A DNA stretch of 64,000 nt from Salpingoeca rosetta (lineage: Eukaryota; Protista; Choanoflagellata): contig JAWQFM010000024.1 of assembly GCA_033442325.1 (NCBI GenBank), positions 757,716 to 821,715 on the forward strand, in the 5' to 3' direction. How positions within the stretch are numbered: the stretch's first letter is position 1; the number at the start of each line of letters is the position of its first letter. Positions 34,066-45,300 of the stretch are shown here, one piece after another. Position numbers and translations under genes: made by a program. The notes below the pieces were generated by a model, which did no database searches, was not told the origin of the DNA, and saw only the letters and a list, made by a program, of their open reading frames with translations.

Positions 34066-35578
34066 ATGGTGCGAAGGAGGAAAGTGACTGTCGCGAAGCG
34101 GCTCATGATCAAGAAGCTGAACACAGTGACAAAGAAGAAGAAAAAGTCCGAAGACGCAACTCAACCAACGACGTCGTCATCATCATCATCATCAGCAACA
34201 CAACAAGGTCTGTGCGATGGCCCATGGGTGCGTGCGTGCATGCATGCGTGTGTGTGTAGGTGTGTGTGCTGGTGTTTTGTGACACGAAGATAGGGAGCAA
34301 ACGTCTCGGTGCTGTTGTTGGCAATTTCCCTTTCCTGTACTCCCCCCACACACACACACACTCACTCACACACACTCACTCACTCACTCACACTCACTCA
34401 CTCCCTCACACTCACTCACGCTCACACACACACACGTTCACACACACGCGCCACTTACCCACACCTAGGAGACAACAACAGCGGAAACGCTGGCCTGAGC
34501 AAGACCGCAGCAAAGCGCATGCGTACGTCAATATGATACGTTGCGCTTCCTTGTTCCTGCACACACACACACACACGTGCGTCCATGTTCACCCACACCC
34601 ATGTCACACCCACACACACGTCCTCAATCCCTGATGCCTCCATACCCTCTCCACTACCCTCGCTCTCATGTGGTTTCGTTTCCATGGTGCGCAGAGAAGG
34701 AGATGATCAACTCCCTGGACAACATGATGCTCTCCTTTGGCGGTTCCAAGGAAGAGATGTCATCGGACAAGGCAAAGCTGGCAACGGCAAGGTACGACTG
34801 CGTGCCGCCTGCTCGCTCCACGCTCAAGAATTGGCGTGAGCTTTACACGCACACACATCAGGCTTGACACAGCACATGTCATTGTACATGCTGTGTCGTG
34901 ATGCTGAACGTTGCAGCCGTACTTACAACACGACAACACAACCTCTTCTTGCTGTTGTTGTTGTTGTTGTTCTTCTTCTTCTTCTTCTTCTTCTTCTTCT
35001 TCTTCTTCTTCTTCTTCTTCTTCTTCTTCTTCTTCTTCTTCTTCTTCTTCTTCTTCTTCTTCTTCTTCTTCTTCTTCTTCTTCTTCTTCTTCTTCTTCTT
35101 CTTCTTCTTCTTCTTCTTCTTCTTCTTCTTCTTCTTCTTCTTCTTCTTCCTCCTCCTCCACCTCCTGCCCCCCTGCTGTGTGCGCAGGTTGCAGATGGCT
35201 GAGCCGCTGAAGAAGAAGAAGCCGAAGAACAAAGCGCAGGCGAGGAAGAAGGCGCGACAGCTGAAAAAGGCGCTCAAGCGAGAGGCCAGAGATGACTTTC
35301 TCAGCAGCAAGCGCGAGAAGAGGAGGCAGCACTTTGCTCAGCGGGTGCGTTACCTCTACGCGCGCGCGCGTGTGTGTATGTGTGTGTGTGTGTCTCTCTC
35401 TCTGTCTCTGTCTCTCTGTCTGTCTCTCTGTGTCTGTGAGCGCGCGGAACACACCTGCTGCTCCTTCCCTCCCCAACTCTCGCCAGCTGTCTTCGTGTCA
35501 CTTCCACGCTTGCTCACATGAATACAAACACTTTTTTTTCTTGCGTGAGTGCAGAAGGAACTGCGCAAGGATTATTAA
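34066..35578 (+). CDS. Small Lys/Arg-rich hypothetical protein (5 exons)
   Basis: MVRRRKVTVAKRLMIKK..QQ|GDNNSGNAGLSKTAAKRM|QKEMINSLDNMMLSFGG..ATAR|LQMAEPLKKKKPKNKAQ..FAQR|KELRKDY*; GT-AG junctions join in consistent phase. Confidence 0.65.
34970..35149. repeat. Pure (TTC/GAA)~60 trinucleotide repeat, intronic
   Basis: About 180 bp of uninterrupted TTC, preceded by (TTG)n and followed by (TCC)n. Confidence 0.95.
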
Positions 35579-35946
35579 AACATAAAGCGCACACTACTCC
35601 CGACCCCTTCCACAACACAACACGACACGACACAACAATACATCTGCAATAGCACTCGACCACCACATTCTCTTTCCCTCGACGCCCCACCAACCGTCAG
35701 TCACCTGCCATCGTTGCATAAACGCGTGTAATCAATACAGACAACAATTGCATGAGAGCAGGGCAGAGATGGAGTGTGCGCGCATGTGTGTGTTTGTGTC
35801 TGTGCGTGTGTTTGTGTTTGTGTGTGTCTGTGTGTCTGTGTGTCTACGTGTCTACGTGCATGTTGTAAGTGTCGATAAGAAAGGCAAGTGCTCCATGGTG
35901 TGCAAGTGGTAACAGATACGCAAAGCGGAAGGCCTTCGATGAGCGC

Positions 35947-37010
35947 CTACACGAGGGTGGATCGAAGATCGCCAATGTCCTTGTTGAGGGTGGCTGCAGA
36001 CCCCCTGCGCACGGTGCGTGTGTTGCCGACGGGCGAGTGCTGGGACCCCGCAGACCTCCTGTTCCTCCGCAGGATGACACTCTGGTTCTGCGACGCGTCG
36101 CGAGACCTGCTGCCGTGCTGGCTGCCCTCCGTGCGTGACGGTGCACTTGGGCTGTGGCTGTGGTGGCTGGTGCGGCTCGCTGTGCTGGAGGGCGTCCGTC
36201 CTCCGCCCGTGCTCCGCGTCGCCGCTCGCGACTTGTGGCGTGCAGATGCCGATGTTGATGTTGACGGCCTCGAGCCCGGCGAGGTCGATGGCCTGCTGTG
36301 CTGTGGAGATTGGTGACGCTGTGACGCGCGCTGTGATGTGCGCTGCATTGTACCGCTGGATCGCCGAGACACGTTCTTGTCCACGTGTGGCGACTCGTTC
36401 ATGAACGTGGATGAGGTCCCGCTGACGACAACATCCTCGCCAAACCCTCCACCGTCGTTCTCTTCCAACGCCGCAATCAGGGACGCTTGAAACTCTCTTC
36501 TGGCCTTTGCCAGCTGTCGCTCTGTCTGCTGCAACTCCTCAATATGTTCCGGCGCCTGCGCTTTCAAGTTGCGCTGAATTGTGTATGTACACATGCATGT
36601 GCGTGCGTGCGTTTGTTTGATTGGTTGTGTGTGTATTTACATGCATGCATGTGTGTGTGCGTGTGTGTGCGTGTGTTTGCATGCATGTGTGAGCATGTTG
36701 GTTGATCGGTCGTTTGTTTGTGTGGGTTAGTACAGCGTGCATGTTCATGTCGGTGGTGCCACGAGATGTGCAAAACGCCATGACCGTGCCCACATGCGAT
36801 CGATGTTGCACAGATGTTAACAATTACAGTCGCACACGCAACCATGACGTGATGCGAGCAAACAGCAACCACCTACCCAGGAATCACCACCAACCACCAA
36901 CCACCAACCACCAACCACCAACTACCAGCACCACATGCATGCCACCAACCCACCACTCGCGACAGCAGCGCTGCCACTTGTTGGTGCGTCGTCGTTGTTG
37001 TTGTCGCCAT
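35947..37010 (-). CDS. Hypothetical protein (coiled-coil followed by a Ser/Arg-rich disordered region); 5' exons uncertain
   Basis: Long exon ~35947-36574 (RNLKAQAPEHIEELQQTERQLAKARREFQASLIAALEE..) with coding-like composition behind a CAG acceptor; possible first exon MATTTTTTHQQVAALLSR near 37010. Confidence 0.45.
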
Positions 37011-37147
37011 CGCTACACGACACCACAAACAATAGCGACCTCCATTTGTTGTTGTTGTTGTTGCTTCCTCTCTCGCTGCTGCTGTGTTGTGCTGGTGTTG
37101 TGCTGCTGCCACCCACCCACGACGGACGTCAACCAACGACCGCCATC

Positions 37148-38793
<1,646 letters not shown>

Positions 38794-39373
38794 CACGCAG
38801 CCCTGAATCAGCGCCAACACACACGATTGCCACATTTCGTTTCCTTGTCCCACACCTTCGTTCTAACCTCTCCACCCTTCGACCACCACCTACACTGTTG
38901 CGCACTGCTTCGTTTTGTGCCAAGTTCATTGATTTGTTGAACAACGCACGCATGTCACCCACGCAATCAAAGACAGAAAAAGAGAAAGCTGAAATGAAAT
39001 GAAGAGAACGTGAAAGAAATGAATGGTCTTGCTTGGTTGAGAAGCGATAACACGCAAACACACACACACACACATGAGACAACTCGAGGGCGATTGGCGT
39101 CGCTTTGGAAAGCAACCGCCATCACCCCATGTCACAAACAAAAGCAGCATTCACACTCAACATACGCTCTTCATCCTCTCGCACTTGCACTCTACACATG
39201 ACACGCATTCACATAAACATAAAACCCAATGTCATATCTCCACCCTCACACTTAACATTCACAACTCACACACACGTCTACACCCGTCTACACCCGTCTA
39301 CACGCTCCCACTACCACGTCACTTCACACAATCATCTCCCACCACCTCATGTCTCATCCGCTTCCCCCACACT

Positions 39374-42300
39374 TCAACGCCTGCTGTCGCCACGTTGGCT
39401 CCACAGGTTGTGTACGGCCTTGAAGTGCGAGCTCGCCTGGAAGTCATCATCATCGTCGTCGTCGTCATGGTCGCCATTGCCAATGTTGATGTTGACGTCG
39501 CGCGTGCTCGCTGCATCGTCCTCGTCCTCCTCGGGGATGGACTGCTGCCGCGTCTGCCAGGGCGTCGCCACGTCCTCAAACTGCACCTGAGGCATGACGA
39601 GCTCCGACTCAATGTCCATCGACGTCACCTCGCGCCGGCGCCGCGTGTTGGCGCTCTTGCGCATGCTCACGTTGGACATGGCGTCCTCCTCGTCCATGCT
39701 GTGCGCCACCACGTTGCCAAACGACACGCGCGGCTTGCTGCCAGAGTTGCCGCCAACCTTCAGGATGCCGCGCGAGGGCGCGGGCTGCTCGTCCTCAAAC
39801 ATGTCGTCCAGATCAACGTCGTCGTCGTCAATCCCGCTGATCATGTCATCCTCCACATCATCGTCCTCAGACTCGCTCGTGTCCATGTCCAGGTACCCCT
39901 CGTTGATGTTCTCGCCGTCGGGGCCCTCCATGCCGTCCAGCTCGTCAAAGTCGCTCAGGTCATCGCCGCTCATGTCCGCAGCAGCAAACATGGGCGGGTT
40001 GCGGTGGTGGCCCTTGCTCGTCTCGTGCGCGCCAAACATCTCCTGCTCAAACATCTCAAAGTCGCTCAGGTCGCCCAGCAGGCTGTCGTCGTCGCCGCTG
40101 CCGCTGCCGCTCGACCCAGACGAGCCATCAAACTCGTCCACGCTCGCTAGCGTCGTGCCGTCAGAGAGCGAGTCATCACTGTCGTCGTCGTCGTCGTCGG
40201 GGGCGAGGGTGGTGGTGGCACCACCAACGGGGCGACCGCCGCGCATGCGCGTGGGGAAGTTGGTCGTGCCGTACAGCGGGTTGTTGCGCAGGCCGCCAAA
40301 CATGGACGGAAGGCGCGTGTCCCACTCGTCCAGCGACTGCTTCGCGGTGGCCGGTACGCCAATGCGGCTGCCGCCCGTCTGGTCGTCAACCACCGTCGTC
40401 GTCTCCTTGTACCGCGCCACCTCGCCCGTCTCCGGATCAACCTCCCCGCCAGTGAACACCGTGCGCTCGGGCTCCTTGCGCATGGGCTCCGGCGTGCCAA
40501 ACAGCACGTCGCCGTGGTGCGCCAGCACCATCTTGCGCGCGTTATCCAGCTGCTTGCGCTGGCGCTGGTACCGCAGCAGCAGCAGCAGCAGCACAATGAA
40601 CACCAGCAGCGCGGCCGCCGTGAACCCGGCAATCAGGATGGGCTCCGCCTCGCTCTTGGCGGAGTTGGGGCCCGCACCAAGCAGGTCGTAGCAGTACGCC
40701 TCCACAAACAGCGTCTCGTTGTTGAGCGTCACCTGCACGCACGTCTCGTTGGCCGTCGCCACAATCGCCGGCGGGTACTCGCCCAGGTTGCGGCAGTTGG
40801 CCGTGTCGTACACGCGCAGGTTCACCAGCACCGGCCCGGTCTCCGCGTCGTTTTCGCGGTAGCACTCCACGCGCGCGCTGTGGTTGGCAATCACGTCCGA
40901 CAGGCACGTCTTGTGGAACTCGCGCGCCGCGGTGCTGGCCGGCTCGCCAATGTTCGTGTCGCACTGCTCCTCAGCAGAGAAGCGAACAGACGACTCAAAG
41001 CTGCGGTCCTGCGTGTCGACGCTGCGCAGCGTGCACGCCTCAAAGTCCTCCACCGTCGACAGGATTGTGTTCACGCGGTCGGTCGGCAGCACCTCCTGGC
41101 TCGTCGCGTTGACCACGTAGAAGGTGATGTCCGTCTGCGTGTTGGGGCTGTCCGTGTTGGCCAGCACCTCCAGCACCACCAGCCGGCCACCGAGAATGTC
41201 GCCCAGGGCGTCCAGGCACGGGTGGCTGTTGGTGACGTTGTCGTACCCCGCCAAAAAGTCGTTCACGTTGGGCCGCGTCGTGATGGTCACCAGGTAGTCA
41301 TCGTTGATGATGGCCACAAACACGCGCGCCTCAGCGCTGAGCGCGGGCGTGCCGCCGTCCGTCGCCGTCACGACCAGCTCAATCGTGTCCGAGAGCGAGC
41401 GCGTCTGCGTGCCCGTCGTGTAGATGACGCCCTCCTGTGAGATGCCAAACCCGTCCGTCGGTTGCGAGCCGCTCGACACCACCTCCACAGAGTACGTGAG
41501 CGCCTTGTTCTGCCCGCCGGCCAGCGTGTTGCTGTCCGCGTCCGTCGCCGTCACGCGCAGCACGGTCGTGTCGCGTGGCGAGTCCACGGAGATGCGCGCG
41601 CCGTACACAGATGGCGAGAACACGGGCGCGTTGTCGTTCACGTCAATCACAGACACCGAGTACTCCTTGAGCGTCGTGCGCGGCCACGGCGGCGAGTTGT
41701 CGGTCGCGCTCACCGTGAAGTTGAACGTGCGCTGCGACGCCACCTCGTAGTCCACCGTCTGCAGCAGGTGCACGCTGCCCGTGCTTGGGTCCAGGCCAAC
41801 GCGGCCCGCCTCCACCAGGCCCGTGAGCGGGTTGAGCACGCCGCCGGCCAGCGACAGCGTGGTCGCCGCCGTCTGGCCCGGGTCGGCGTCCGTGGCGCTG
41901 ACAGTGAGGATGGACGCCTGCTGCGCCGTGTCCTCCTTGATGCTGAACAGCGGGCCGGGCGCAATGGTGGGCGAGAAGTCGTTGATGGCGTCGGCGGTGC
42001 GCAGACGGTTGGCAAAGCTGCTCAGCGGGTTGAACCCGTTGGTGGCCAGCACGCTTACCGTGGACGTGGACGTCGGGCTGCCCTCGGGGCTCACCTCAAC
42101 AGCAAAGTCGAGCTGCTGCGTGTACGTGTACGTGCCATTCACGGCGCTGCCCGACATGAAGATGTCGCGGCCGGTGGTTGTGTCGCCCTGCGAGTCAAAC
42201 GTCACCAGCAGCACCGACGCACCCACCTCATCCGCCACAAAGTTGACCTCCGCGGACACGGTGTAGCGGTAAGTGGCCACGCACGTCGTCTCGCACTCGT

Positions 42301-45300
42301 GCTTCGTCTCAAAGTTGTTGGCGTTGCCCTGGCACCCGTAAAAGTCAAAAGCGACACAGGTGGCCGTGCTGCGGTCGTAGCGGTACCGCGTGACGGGGGC
42401 GCCCAGGTTGCAGTTGGTGCTGCCAGACGCGCGCGGCAGCAGGCACAGCGTGGGCTGCTGCTCCACCTGGTAGTCCTCAAAGAGCGGCAGGTAGCGGTCC
42501 GCGCGCACCAGCACGCTGGCGCTGGCCGGGTCGGGCGAGTACCCCGTCACGGCCGTGCCGCGCACAAACGTGCTCGCGCTCAGGTTGCTCTGCAGCAACG
42601 GATCGGGGTGGGACAGCAGCACAAACACGGCAGACGTCTCCGAGTCAATGTCGTTGCCGGGCTTGGCCTTGACCGTCACGTTGACGGTGAGCCGGCCCTG
42701 CGAGAACTGGTTCTGCACAGGCACCACCTCCACCTCCACAAAGCGCTGCAGGTTGAAGTTGATCAGCGCCATGTACTTGGCGTCCGCCAGGTTGATCTCG
42801 TCGTTCAGGTCCGCGTCCATGGCCGCCAGCTGCGCCGGAATGAGCTGCTGCTTCAGCTCCACGCCCTGCGGCTGGCGCTCAAAGTTGAACGAGCGCTCGG
42901 CCAGGTACAGCTGCGTGTACGAGACGTCGCGAATGTCAAACTCGCAGTCCCCGTTGGCGTCGCCGTTGAACCGGCTAAGGCAGTCTGCGCACGGCGGCGA
43001 GGCGCACGTCTCCACAGCGCGGCGCGCGCGCTCACGGCGCTCCTCCACGGCACGGGACGGCGCTGGCAGCGAGCGGCGCAGCACAGACAGCTGATCCGCC
43101 GTGTAAGGCACGGGCTCGCCAAACACGTCCCGCAACCGGGCGCCACTGTCATGATCAGCAACAGCAGCATCAGCAACGTCGCTGCTGCTGCTGCTGCGGC
43201 GGCNNNNNNNNNNNNNNNNNNNNNNNNNNNNNNNNNNNNNNNNNNNNNNNNNNNNNNNNNNNNNNNNNNNNNNNNNNNNNNNNNNNNNNNNNNNNNNNNN
43301 NNNNNNNNNNNNNNNNNNNNNNNNNNNNNNNNNNNNNNNNNNNNNNNNNNNNNNNNNNNNNNNNNNNNNNNNNNNNNNNNNNNNNNNNNNNNNNNNNNNN
43401 NNNNNNNNNNNNNNNNNNNNNNNNNNNNNNNNNNNNNNNNNNNNNNNNNNNNNNNNNNNNNNNNNNNNNNNNNNNNNNNNNNNNNNNNNNNNNNNNNNNN
43501 NNNNNNNNNNNNNNNNNNNNNNNNNNNNNNNNNNNNNNNNNNNNNNNNNNNNNNNNNNNNNNNNNNNNNNNNNNNNNNNNNNNNNNNNNNNNNNNNNNNN
43601 NNNNNNNNNNNNNNNNNNNNNNNNNNNNNNNNNNNNNNNNNNNNNNNNNNNNNNNNNNNNNNNNNNNNNNNNNNNNNNNNNNNNNNAACGTCGCTGCTGC
43701 TGCTGCTGCGGCGGCGGCGGCGGGTGGAGGAGACGGTGATGTGCACTTGAATCTGGCCCGCAACGGCGTCGCGTGGCGTGGCATCACCAATGGCAGTCCC
43801 CTGCAGGTCGTTGGTGGCAAAGGTGATGACAGAGCCAACAATCTGCGCCGGGTTGCGGGCGGGCGTTGCGGCGACACCGCGGAAGGTGATGCGAGCAAGC
43901 TCGACCGATGTGCCGGCGACCGTCTCCTCTGGGTCAACGGCGCCACCGACGCGAATCACGCCTGGCGGGTCTACCACGGCCTGGAAGATGCCCTTGGTCC
44001 AGCCAGCGCCCTCAGTGATCTTGGGGCCCGTGGTGGTGGTGGGCACCTCCAAAAAGGCGGTGCTGTAGCGAATCTCAAGGTCAATGGCGCCCAGGTTGAC
44101 GCCGCCCGTGTTGATGATCACGGGCACCTCAAACTCGTCGTCGCGCGCCTGAGCCGGCAGGGCGTAGCCGCCAGTGAAGCCCAGGTCAAAGTCGCCCACG
44201 TCCGGCTGCAGGTTGCAGATGATGGCCGTGGAGCCGGACACGAGGCTGTCGAGCACGCGGGCCACCACCTCCACCTGCGAGGCGCGTGTGCCCTGCAGCG
44301 TGGCCTGCGCCAGCGCGTTGACGGACAGCGGCGCGGTGGAGCCGTCCGAGATGACGGAAAAGGAGAGGGAGCCCGGCAGGAGCAGGGCGCCCGTCGTGGC
44401 GTCCACAAAGTCGTTGCGGATGGTGCCGTCGTCAAAGATGGCGCCCATGGCAATGGTGCTGCGCGCGCGGCTGGCAATGCCCTCAAACACATACGCACCG
44501 TCAACAACCGCCTTGCCCGGCAGCCGCAGGTCAATCAGCTGCTGCACGCGCACGGCGCGGTCCGTGACGGTGAGGAGCTGCGCCGGCGCATCAAACGAGC
44601 CAAAGCGCGCAGACACGTCCACTTGCAGGTCGCGCGAGGCGAGCGTGGCGTCCTGACCGCTGCGCACGGAAATCACCTTGGCACTGCTCACGCTGACAAT
44701 GCCCGTCTCCACCACGCCCGTGCCGGGCTTGAGGATGCGCGCGCTGCAGCCCGTTGTGACGTCCAGCGAGTCGCCGTTGGACAGGGTGAGGGCCACATTC
44801 ATGGCCGCCTGCTGGCGGACCGTGGCCGCGGCGTCGTTGGGGTTGAAGTAGCGGTTGAGCGATGAGACGGTCACGTTGTTGCTGTTGGCGTACGACGGGT
44901 ACGGGCGCAGCGCCACACGCACGCCCGTGGCGGCGACCACCTCCACGTCCACGCTCACGGTGATGTCCACGTGGATGAAGCGGATGGTGAGCACGCCTGC
45001 GCCGCCCGCGCCGCTGGTGGCGTTGGCCTGCGGTGCAATGGGGCGAATCACGGGCGAGAACGAGCCGTCCGCCGGCGGGCTGCACTCCAGCGACGCCTCG
45101 TCCGCGCAGATGGTGAACACGCCGTTGGCGCCGGAGAGGTCGTACACGGTGCGAGGGTCGGTGGCCATGTCAATGAGCTGCTCGTTACCGTTGCCAATGT
45201 CGTAGACCAGCGCCACGCCAATCTCGCTCTCCGTTGGCAGGCCCGCCGCTGCGGCGTCGTCGCTCTCGTACGTGAGCAAGGGGTCCACCCCCGTCACGCG

